Below, piece by piece: positions 26,584 through 33,771 of a stretch of 47,372 nt of DNA (the first letter of the stretch is position 1; the number at the start of each line of letters is the position of its first letter). Below the pieces are notes generated by a model that saw only the letters and a list, made by a program, of their open reading frames with translations, was not told the origin of the DNA and did no database searches. Source of the DNA: an uncultured Pseudomonadota bacterium (GTDB taxonomy: Bacteria; Babelota; Babeliae; Babelales; RVW-14). The DNA is taken from positions 1 to 47,372 of the forward strand of contig CAZBUZ010000002.1 in assembly GCA_964495205.1 (NCBI GenBank), written 5' to 3'. The translations under genes were made by a program, and so were the position numbers.

Positions 26584-27861
26584 ATGGTGAATAAACCGTT
26601 TAAGCATCGTGTTGTTATATCCGGCATGGGCCTTATTACACCGCTTGGTAATGATGTGCAGACAACGTGGCTGCGTGCTGTTGCTGGGGAATCAGGGATT
26701 GCTCTTGCTGACGATCGTGTTGGGTTAAGTAGCGAATATCCCTATCGAATGGTAGGGCAAGTACGCAACGAGAAGCCTTCTATTGATGCTGTTATTTCTG
26801 AAAAAAATCAAACAAAGACCGATCGATTTATCCAGTTAGCCATGGTTGCTGGATGCGAGGCGATGACGACAGCGGGATTGAGCACTGAATGTCCCGACGA
26901 TCGTGAACGTTTTGGGTGTTATGTTGGCGTTGGCTTGGGCGGTTTGGGTAGTTTAACGAGCGCAGTAAAAATGCTCGATCAAGGATATAAAAAAGTATCT
27001 CCTTTCATGATTCCTAAATCCATTAGCAATGAGGCAGCCAGTTGGCTTGCTATGACCTGGAATCTTCAGGGGCCAAGCGTTGCTGTTTCAAGTGCTTGCG
27101 CATCAAGTGCTGATGCTATAGGCATGGCATTTCGTCTTATTCGTGATGGTTATTGCGATCATATGCTCGTTGGCGGTGCAGAGTGTTGCGTTGTTCCTGT
27201 GGGTATTGTTGCGTTTGGTAATATGCGGGCACTTTCAGCGTGGACTGGTGATCCTGCTCAGGCAAGTAGACCATTTGATCGACAAAGAACAGGATTTGTT
27301 ATCGCTGAAGGGGCTGCGATGTTAGTGCTCGAACGATATGATTTGGCGCAGGCTCGTGGTGCTCATATCTATGCCGAAGTTGTTGGGTATGGTGCAACGT
27401 CTGATGCGCATCATATTACAGCAATGCATCCAGAGGGCAGAGGGGCTATTGCATCTATTAAAGCGGCTTTACATGATGCTGATATTACACCTGACAAGGT
27501 TGGTTATATCAATGCACATGGTACCGGTACGTTAATGAATGATGTTATCGAAACGCAGGTTATTAAAAAAGTTTTTGGTGATTTGGTCGATCCTTCTCGT
27601 TCCGGTCATACGGTTATTAGTAGCACAAAATCGATGACGGGGCATATGTTAGGCGCTGCAGGGGCCGCGGAGGTTGCATTGACGGCATGTGCATTACAGC
27701 ACGGTATTGTGCCGCCTACCATTAACTTAACGGATCCAGATCCAGCCTGTGATTTAGACTATGTTCCTTTGCATGCGCGCTCATGTTCTCTTGACTATGC
27801 GTTGTCGAATTCCTTCGGCTTTGGCGGCGGTAATGTTGTTATAGCACTCAAGCGAATATAA
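26584..27861 (+). CDS. fabF: 3-oxoacyl-ACP synthase II
   Basis: 425 aa. SSACASS (the active Cys), NAHGTGT, KSMTGHMLGAAG, NSFGFGGGN. Confidence 0.92.
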   Translation: MVNKPFKHRVVISGMGLITPLGNDVQTTWLRAVAGESGIALADDRVGLSSEYPYRMVGQVRNEKPSIDAVISEKNQTKTDRFIQLAMVAGCEAMTTAGLSTECPDDRERFGCYVGVGLGGLGSLTSAVKMLDQGYKKVSPFMIPKSISNEAASWLAMTWNLQGPSVAVSSACASSADAIGMAFRLIRDGYCDHMLVGGAECCVVPVGIVAFGNMRALSAWTGDPAQASRPFDRQRTGFVIAEGAAMLVLERYDLAQARGAHIYAEVVGYGATSDAHHITAMHPEGRGAIASIKAALHDADITPDKVGYINAHGTGTLMNDVIETQVIKKVFGDLVDPSRSGHTVISSTKSMTGHMLGAAGAAEVALTACALQHGIVPPTINLTDPDPACDLDYVPLHARSCSLDYALSNSFGFGGGNVVIALKRI

Positions 27862-27961
27862 AAAAACCTTCCTCTTTTTTTTCAAATCTTGTTATGCTTA
27901 TCCCAATCACGGGTGGTCCGTTGGTGAATATTTTATTAAAGGTTTGTAGGAGGAGTGTTGT

Positions 27962-29236
27962 ATGGTAAGTAATCGCGTTATGCGTCTCACAGCATTGGCG
28001 TTTTCATTTTTCTTACTAGCTTTCCCGTGCAGTGTTGTTTTGGCGGAGGATCCCGTTGCCAAGCCGGTAGAAGCTGCAGCTGATGTTGTTAAAGCAGAAA
28101 AAAAAGATATTGTTGAAGCCGTAAAAAAAGAAGAGCCAGCTGTTGCAGAAAAAAAGGGTGAAGAAAAGCCTGCGGTTAAAGTAAAGAAAAAAGCGAAAAA
28201 ATCTAAAAGCGCAAAATCAAAGAAAAAGGTAGCCAAGAAATCCAAAAAACCTAAATCTAAAGTTGCCAAATCCAAAAAAGAGGCAAAGAGCAAAAAAGGT
28301 GTTAAGGCTAAATCAAAGAAGCCAAAATCAAAAAAAGTAAAATCAAAAAAGAAGAAATCTAAGAAAAAACGTTCAGTAAAAAGCCGATCACGACGTTACC
28401 GTCGTCGTTCAACCTTTGTTGCTAAGTTGGGTAAATTTAACAAGACGGGCGAGATAGAATCATTTAAAGGTGCTGCAAACCGCTTGTCTGATTTTATCAA
28501 AAACAAGTTAACGCCAAAATCGCCTAAAGCCCAAAAGTATGATCTTTATAAGGGCATCTTGGTTATTGCAAAGCGTGCTGGAACAAAGCGATTTGAATCT
28601 GATGCACACTATCAAGCCGCAAAAGATCTTGTTGACGCTGCTATTGCCAATGAAGCGAAGTTTAAGATGCGTGCAATTTCTCGCGGGTTGAAAAAGCTGC
28701 AAACACAGCTTAATAAAGAGATAAATAGCCCTGAGTTGCGTGAATTGAAGAAGAAAAAGACTATTGGTAAACGCAAAAAAAGAACAAAAAAAGGCGTTTC
28801 TAAGAAAAAGAGAAAATCAAAGAAGAGTGCCAAGAAGTCTAAAAAATCGAAAAAATCGAAGAAGTCCAAGAAATCCAAAAAGTCTAAGAAATCAAAGAAA
28901 TCGAAAAAATCTAAAAAACCTTCAAAGACAAAAAAATCCAAGTCGAAAAAAGCGAAAAAGTCTAAAAAATCCAAATCGCCTAAAAAAGGTGCTGTAGCCA
29001 AGGATAAAACAGAAAAGGCTAAGGAAAAAACAGCTAAAAAATCGAAGGTGAAAAAAGCGAAAAAGCCATCAAAAAAGAAGAAGAACGGTAAGCGGTCTAA
29101 AAAAGAAAAAGCAGCTAAAGAAGCGACTAAACCTACAGCTGAAAAGGCTGATGAAAAAGAAGCAAAGGCAAAGGAAGCGCCTAAGGTAGAAGTAGTTAAG
29201 GAAGAAACTCCAGCTCCAACGGCTGCTGCTGCTTAA
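27962..29236 (+). CDS. Signal-peptide-bearing, extremely lysine-rich protein: two K/S-rich arms around a non-repetitive core
   Basis: 424 aa with an AGGAGG SD. The N-terminus MVSNRVMRLTALAFSFFLLAFPCSVVLAEDP is signal-like. There are long KKS/KSK/KKA tracts on both sides of a core of roughly 110 aa (STFVAKLGKF...SPELRELKKK), followed by an E/K/A/P-rich tail. The gene has its own terminator. Confidence 0.8.
   Translation: MVSNRVMRLTALAFSFFLLAFPCSVVLAEDPVAKPVEAAADVVKAEKKDIVEAVKKEEPAVAEKKGEEKPAVKVKKKAKKSKSAKSKKKVAKKSKKPKSKVAKSKKEAKSKKGVKAKSKKPKSKKVKSKKKKSKKKRSVKSRSRRYRRRSTFVAKLGKFNKTGEIESFKGAANRLSDFIKNKLTPKSPKAQKYDLYKGILVIAKRAGTKRFESDAHYQAAKDLVDAAIANEAKFKMRAISRGLKKLQTQLNKEINSPELRELKKKKTIGKRKKRTKKGVSKKKRKSKKSAKKSKKSKKSKKSKKSKKSKKSKKSKKSKKPSKTKKSKSKKAKKSKKSKSPKKGAVAKDKTEKAKEKTAKKSKVKKAKKPSKKKKNGKRSKKEKAAKEATKPTAEKADEKEAKAKEAPKVEVVKEETPAPTAAAA
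28832..28912 (+). repeat. Nine consecutive Lys-Lys-Ser codon triplets, repeated at the protein level and degenerate at the DNA level
   Basis: aagaagtct aaaaaatcg aaaaaatcg aagaagtcc aagaaatcc aaaaagtct aagaaatca aagaaatcg aaaaaatct. All four TCN serine codons are used, and AAA and AAG are mixed. Confidence 0.9.
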
Positions 29237-29265
29237 ATCGCACAACGATTGATACAAAAATACGT

Positions 29266-29304
29266 AAAAAGGCGATCAGAATTTTCTGGTCGCCTTTTGT
29301 TTTG
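29266..29304 (+). terminator. Rho-independent terminator of the Lys-rich gene
   Basis: GGCGATCAGA-attt-TCTGGTCGCC (10 bp including one G-U pair), followed by TTTTGTTTT. Confidence 0.75.
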
Positions 29305-29323
29305 ATTGCTATGAAAGGGATTT

Positions 29324-30193
29324 ATGTTTGATCTGATTCTTATTGCTGCCGTACAAATTATCCTTGAATCTCTTCCTATCAGTAGCTCTGGTCACCAGCT
29401 TTTGGTTCAACAATTATGGATAAAGGTTACGGGACAAGCTTTGACACCAATTCCTGATTTTTTTGATCACTTTCTTCATGGTCCCACCGTGTTGGTTATA
29501 GCGTTTGTTTTTTTTAAGGATTGGTTTGCCAGTGCGCGTCGTTTGGTGATCGCAGGGTGGAAGGTCTTGGTGCATAGAAAACAACTCCGATGGTCGGAAC
29601 GGCGGTTATGGCGATTGTTTAGCATGATTTTTATCTTCATGTGTGCAGCAGATGCGATGACGGTATTGGCGTATGTTGGCCAGCATTTTATCGGGAAAAA
29701 TGCGGTAATTTTTCATGAGCCGCGTTTTCTGCTCATGAACATGATGGCGACAATGGTGGCATTGCTATCCTTGCGCTGGGTTGAGCGAGTTCGGCGAGCG
29801 GCCAGCTCCTTAACGCTAAAAAAATCATTACTTCTTGGGACAGTGCAGGGCGTAGCCCTGCTGTGCCCCGGGCTTTCGCGTTTTGGTGCAACGTATGTTG
29901 CTGGGCGTTGGTTGCGATTGAGCCCGCGTCGGGCTTTTCAGTTTTCGTTTCTCATACAATTTCCATTGATTGCTGCGGCATTTTTCATCAATGGTATTCC
30001 TGATATGGTCAAAACACCTGCGGCTCGAGCATTGTTGTCTGTGCCGATGCTGATGACCATTGCGGTATCAACGGTTATCGCGTTGGGTTTATTTGCTTGG
30101 GCATATCGCCTTGCATTGCGACGTCGGTTGTGGTGGTTTGGGGTGTATATGATCGTGCCGATATCGATATTGGTTTGGTTGGTGATGCGGTAG
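29324..30193 (+). CDS. uppP: Undecaprenyl-diphosphate phosphatase (BacA/UppP)
   Basis: 289 aa and polytopic. ILESLPISSSGHQLL matches the (E)xLP(V/I)SS(T/S)GH motif. PGLSRFGATYVAG...FSFLIQFPLI matches the PGxSRSGxT...FSFxL motif. Confidence 0.85.
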   Translation: MFDLILIAAVQIILESLPISSSGHQLLVQQLWIKVTGQALTPIPDFFDHFLHGPTVLVIAFVFFKDWFASARRLVIAGWKVLVHRKQLRWSERRLWRLFSMIFIFMCAADAMTVLAYVGQHFIGKNAVIFHEPRFLLMNMMATMVALLSLRWVERVRRAASSLTLKKSLLLGTVQGVALLCPGLSRFGATYVAGRWLRLSPRRAFQFSFLIQFPLIAAAFFINGIPDMVKTPAARALLSVPMLMTIAVSTVIALGLFAWAYRLALRRRLWWFGVYMIVPISILVWLVMR

Positions 30194-30202
30194 ATGAAAA
30201 CA

Positions 30203-30245
30203 AAAGGCAACGCGTTCTTTATAAGAAGCAGCGTTGCCTTTTGTC
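30203..30245. terminator. Bidirectional terminator between uppP and the convergent Ala-rich gene
   Basis: AAAGGCAACGC...(17-nt loop)...GCGTTGCCTTT, flanked by an A-run and a T-run. Confidence 0.65.
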
Positions 30246-30275
30246 TTTTAAGTCTTTTTCAGAAAAAAGAACTTT

Positions 30276-31520
30276 TTATTCAGTAGCCGTTTGCTGAGCT
30301 GACGCTTCCGTTGTTGTGGCTTCTGGTGAAGTTTTTTTGCGGGAGAACCATCCACATGCCTTATACCAGCACCAGGCAAATGGTTTTTTAATTTGCGTCA
30401 ACATTCCTGGTCCGGCAACAACTGGTTGCTCTTGTAAAAATGTTGGTACATCGGTGATGGCTTGGCGTTCTTCTTTGCTTGATCTTTGCAACTTGAGAAC
30501 GAGTGTAACCAATGTGTGGCATTGGGTGTTGATAAGATCGTAAAGCTCATTACGTTCCTTGCGTGCAAGCTTGAGCGTTGCCACTTTTGTCTTCATCGTT
30601 GCTAGCGCTTCTTTAACGTTGGTAAGGATGGTGCAAGCAAAATTACCTGAAACCGATTCGGCATCTTTCGTGGTTTCCAAGAGCTCTCGGGTTGTTGCAT
30701 CAAATGCTCGTGCAATAAATACTGCAACTGTTGCTGCATTAATATCTTCTGTTGGATTGGCGTAGTTTTTCAATGGATCAGTGATGAAATCAGCCGTAGT
30801 TGGGGTTGCCAGGGCATTGTGGATTTGATTTGCACGTGCAGATCTTGCTGCTTCGGCGTTATGTTCATCTTGTATTCTTTTTGCTTGAGCAGCTTCGCCA
30901 GAAGCTTGAACGCGGGTAGCGATACCATGCAGGGCGGCTGCTTGGGCAACAAGCGCGTCAACGGCTGGGATGCCGTCCATGGCTGCAGGGTTGGTGTTGT
31001 AGACCGTTAAAAATTCAGTTTCGAGTTTTTGTGCTAATGCGTGTAATGCGGCTGAGATGCCTGCTGTCATGATCGCTTCGCATACGGCAGGAACTTCAAC
31101 ACCATCAGCAAGCACTGGGTACATTGCTGTAAGCTTGGCGTTCAACGCTACAAGCGCATCAGCAACGGCTTGGATGCCGGGAGTTGCGGCTGCTTGGTAT
31201 GCGGGTGTTTGCGCTTTTGGGATAAAATAGTAACCATCAGCTTTTGGATCAACCTGTAAGCTGGCGATTGTTGCATTGATCAAGTTGTTGACGGCTGCCG
31301 GATTTGCTGTAGCCGTTAGATTGCTGTTAAGAGTGGCGAGCAATTGAGCATTGGCATGGCCTGGTTGTGCTACAAGTGCTACATAGCTACTCCCAGCTTT
31401 TCCTGGATAATTGCCCCAGGTGACAGCTGATAATGAGGATGCTTGGCTCATCGCCAAGAGAAACATAAAAAAAGCAAAGAAACGAAGTTTAGAAAACAAC
31501 TTCTTCAGTATAACCTCCAT
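30276..31520 (-). CDS. Exported alanine-rich protein of unknown function
   Basis: 414 aa. The signal-like N-terminus is MEVILKKLFSKLRFFAFFMFLLAMSQASSLSA. A long Ala/Thr/Asn-rich, predicted helical body follows. An aromatic/Cys patch (KKPFAWCWYKACGWFSRKK) lies near the C-terminus. I recognise no motif. Confidence 0.7.
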   Translation of the reverse strand: MEVILKKLFSKLRFFAFFMFLLAMSQASSLSAVTWGNYPGKAGSSYVALVAQPGHANAQLLATLNSNLTATANPAAVNNLINATIASLQVDPKADGYYFIPKAQTPAYQAAATPGIQAVADALVALNAKLTAMYPVLADGVEVPAVCEAIMTAGISAALHALAQKLETEFLTVYNTNPAAMDGIPAVDALVAQAAALHGIATRVQASGEAAQAKRIQDEHNAEAARSARANQIHNALATPTTADFITDPLKNYANPTEDINAATVAVFIARAFDATTRELLETTKDAESVSGNFACTILTNVKEALATMKTKVATLKLARKERNELYDLINTQCHTLVTLVLKLQRSSKEERQAITDVPTFLQEQPVVAGPGMLTQIKKPFAWCWYKACGWFSRKKTSPEATTTEASAQQTATE

Positions 31521-31575
31521 GAAAAATAAGAGTTAATACACTAAAAACCTTGTTTGCGAGATCTTAATTTCTTTT

Positions 31576-31604
31576 AGTATAGATGCTGCGTGAGGGGGCG
31601 TCAA
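31576..31604 (-). promoter_or_regulatory. Near-consensus sigma70-like promoter for the Ala-rich gene
   Basis: On the reverse strand: TTGACG (31604-31599), a 17-nt spacer, then TATACT (31581-31576), about 55 nt upstream of the ATG at 31520. Confidence 0.5.
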
Positions 31605-31620
31605 AAGGGTGGGGTAAAAT

Positions 31621-31664
31621 AAAGAAACGACCTGCTGGATGTTGTATCCATAGATCGTTTCTTT
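31621..31664 (-). terminator. Terminator hairpin downstream of the OMP paralog 1 gene
   Basis: AAAGAAACGA (31621-31630) pairs with TCGTTTCTTT (31655-31664), with an inner GGAT/ATCC hairpin. On the reverse strand a T-rich run follows. Confidence 0.55.
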
Positions 31665-31689
31665 TAGAAAATTTACGCAAAGGTTTCAA

Positions 31690-33216
31690 TTAGAATGAAA
31701 ATCCTGCTTTTGCCCACAAAGCCATGGCTTCCATGGTTGCGTTATCGGTAGCAAATTCGTAGGAGGCTCCAAGTCCGAGCGTGGCAAAGTATTTGTGTGC
31801 GATGGCGAAGGAATAGCCCAAGCCGCCAAAAATCTTGTGAGAGAACTGCGAAGGGTTGGTAACCGATTCCATGTCAAAATCTGATTTGGTTACGAATTTG
31901 GAGGCCGCAGCAGCCCCAAGAGCCGAAGGAATGTCATTTGCCGATGCATCAAAATCTCTTTTTACGATAGCAAAAGAGGAATCATCCCAATTCTTAAGCC
32001 ATACTGATTCTTTTTCTTTGTAGAAAGCATTGTAGCCCAGATCGACAACAAAGCCACTGCATTTGAATGACAAGTCAACGATAGCTTCTCCCTGATTGCC
32101 TGGCTTTACCTTTAAGCCTTGTGTGAATACGTTGGCTGCTGGAAAGAGTGATAATGGATGTGTTCCTCTGTAGCCACCTAAGTAGTAATGATTGAATTTG
32201 CTGTAGGTGAGGTTATTGGTAAAAGTTGCATCGAAGAAGCTTTCATTAAGCATTGGGGTGCGGTATTCGGTTGACTCAAAAAGGTAACGATAATCAAGCG
32301 CTGCAAGCAATCTAACGGATGCTTCTTTAGATTTATTCGACCAGAGCTCAACGCCACCATCTATGCCCATGGTGAATCCGGTGTGACCGCCATTGCCGGT
32401 GCGTGGTTCAAAAAGGTATTCGCCTTTTTTCTTGGTGCCGGTTGGGATGAGGATGCCAGCGTTAACATAGAGATGGTTTTGAGGCGTGGTGTAAAGTTTA
32501 TAGCCTAGCGCGAGGTTGAGGTCGGCTATGCCGGTTGTGCTTCGATTGCCAGTGATTTTTGCTTTGGTTAAAGGACCCTGTTTGTCTGCTGCCTGTGCAA
32601 TGTTGATAAGACCGCCAAAGAAATCCTGTAATGATCGTGCTTTATTGTCATTATTTACATGTGCTGCAAGTAGTGTTTCATCTTTGATGCTCATTCCCAT
32701 TTTTTGTTGTACATGTACCACTGGCATGCTTGCTTTGAAGAAGAACTTTTTGAAAGGGTCGTTGATGTCTTGGAAGTAATCCACGCGCATGCCATAGATT
32801 TCTTGTTTTGGGTTAAATGCGATTGTTCCCGTGAGTGTACTTTGATCTACGTTGCCGCCGCCATCGTGGTCGTGAATGAGAAAGTTATTGATAACTTCTG
32901 TTGTCGCTACGTTTTGAGGGCCCACCCTGAAGCTATTCTTCCCATTCCCTATACCAAAATATTTTCCCAGATCAGCTCCATTTTGTGATTCCTGATAGAA
33001 TCCCGTCAGGGCGACGTGGCCGTTGAGCAGTGATTTTGATGGGGCCTTGGTGTGGCCAAATTCAAGTTCGTGCCAGGTGGTGTACTCCATAGCGCGGTTC
33101 ATGAGCACCGCGCGGGGTGAAAAATCTGTTTTTTGTGAATAGGTGGTTGCGGCTGCGGAGCCGAAAAAGACAAGACTCAGAAGTGCCAGGTAACGCAGAT
33201 GTCCTGTTTGCTTCAT
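31690..33216 (-). CDS. Outer-membrane beta-barrel-like protein, paralog 1
   Basis: 508 aa with an AAAGGAGAGG SD. Signal peptide MKQTGHLRYLALLSLVFFGSAAA. The pattern of alternating hydrophobic residues and the C-terminal ...LWAKAGFSF (terminal Phe) is typical of OMPs. It is clearly a paralog of the protein encoded at 33772-35067. Confidence 0.8.
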   Translation of the reverse strand: MKQTGHLRYLALLSLVFFGSAAATTYSQKTDFSPRAVLMNRAMEYTTWHELEFGHTKAPSKSLLNGHVALTGFYQESQNGADLGKYFGIGNGKNSFRVGPQNVATTEVINNFLIHDHDGGGNVDQSTLTGTIAFNPKQEIYGMRVDYFQDINDPFKKFFFKASMPVVHVQQKMGMSIKDETLLAAHVNNDNKARSLQDFFGGLINIAQAADKQGPLTKAKITGNRSTTGIADLNLALGYKLYTTPQNHLYVNAGILIPTGTKKKGEYLFEPRTGNGGHTGFTMGIDGGVELWSNKSKEASVRLLAALDYRYLFESTEYRTPMLNESFFDATFTNNLTYSKFNHYYLGGYRGTHPLSLFPAANVFTQGLKVKPGNQGEAIVDLSFKCSGFVVDLGYNAFYKEKESVWLKNWDDSSFAIVKRDFDASANDIPSALGAAAASKFVTKSDFDMESVTNPSQFSHKIFGGLGYSFAIAHKYFATLGLGASYEFATDNATMEAMALWAKAGFSF

Positions 33217-33433
33217 TGCTTCCTCTCCTTTAAAAAGGTGATACTTTCTTCCTTCTTTTTTCTTAAGCGAATACGCTCAAATAATTTTTGATGTTATACA
33301 ATCAGCGGTCAGATAGCAAGCGTTTTGTAAAAACGTGATCAGTATTCGGCTTCCAGCGTTTTTTTACGCATATTTGCAGGGTTAGTAAACCTCAGTTTTT
33401 GTAGGTTTTTAGGTAAAAAAGTGCCAACAAAAT

Positions 33434-33464
33434 TTGACAAGCGATGGTTTTTATGACATAAAAT
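33434..33464 (+). promoter_or_regulatory. Near-consensus sigma70-like promoter about 300 nt upstream of OMP paralog 2
   Basis: TTGACA (33434-33439), then ATAAAA/TAAAAT (33458-33464) with an 18-19-nt spacer. Confidence 0.45.
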
Positions 33465-33469
33465 GGTGT

Positions 33470-33771
33470 ACTTAACGTAAATGATCGTGTACATGTACTT
33501 TTCAAAGTGCATTATGCGGCGTAAGCGTTACCCGAAGGTTTCTGACCCACCGCACACCGGGGGACTGGATTCTGGGGCGGGTAACGGGGGCGTAGTGCTC
33601 CAGATGTGTATGTCAACACAACGTCGGGTAGGAAATAGGTGCAATTAATTTACATGCTTGTCTGAAAGGAGGCTTCACCGAGAAGAACATAAAAGTGTGT
33701 AATCTTTTTTTTTCAGTGTGTTAGAAAATTTATTATTTGAACAAAACGAAAGTTTTTGGGGAAATAATCTT
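33470..33771 (+). promoter_or_regulatory. Candidate long structured 5' leader or small RNA (GC-rich island)
   Basis: Hand count: 33521-33600 is 51/80 G+C, against 25/80 for 33381-33460. CGTTACCCG (33526-33534) is perfectly complementary to CGGGTAACG (33578-33586). There is an inner hairpin at 33546-33563, an orphan AAAGGAGG at 33665-33672, and a T9 run at 33705-33713. Confidence 0.35.

Noticed and set aside
27907-29001. Antisense ORFs 27907-28293 and 28612-29001 encoding F/L/D-rich peptides (FFDFLDFLDF...).
   Set aside because: They are the reverse complement of the Lys/Ser codon tracts (AAR/TCN becomes YTT/NGA). The sense frame has an SD, a signal peptide and a terminator, and the antisense frames have none.
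28200-29110. Highly repetitive A-rich DNA, considered as a possible CRISPR array or satellite.
   Set aside because: There is no alternation of repeat and spacer of fixed length. The periodicity is 3 and 9 nt inside one long ORF, which makes it coding low-complexity sequence.
33489-33498. Perfect 10-bp palindrome GTACATGTAC just downstream of the predicted transcription start, as a possible operator. A similar AGCAATTGCT lies at about 47249-47258.
   Set aside because: A perfect 10-bp palindrome is expected about once per kb by chance (1 in 4^5 positions), so there should be dozens in this window. It is not significant on its own.
33560-33600. GGGGACTGGATTCTGGGGCGGG superficially resembles the 5' end of tmRNA (GGGGCTGATTCTGGATTCGACGGG).
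   Set aside because: There is no TTCGAC motif, no tag reading frame with a resume codon, and no 3' tRNA-like T-arm/ACCA region within the 555-bp spacer. The spacer is also too short to hold a tmRNA plus the promoter elements.
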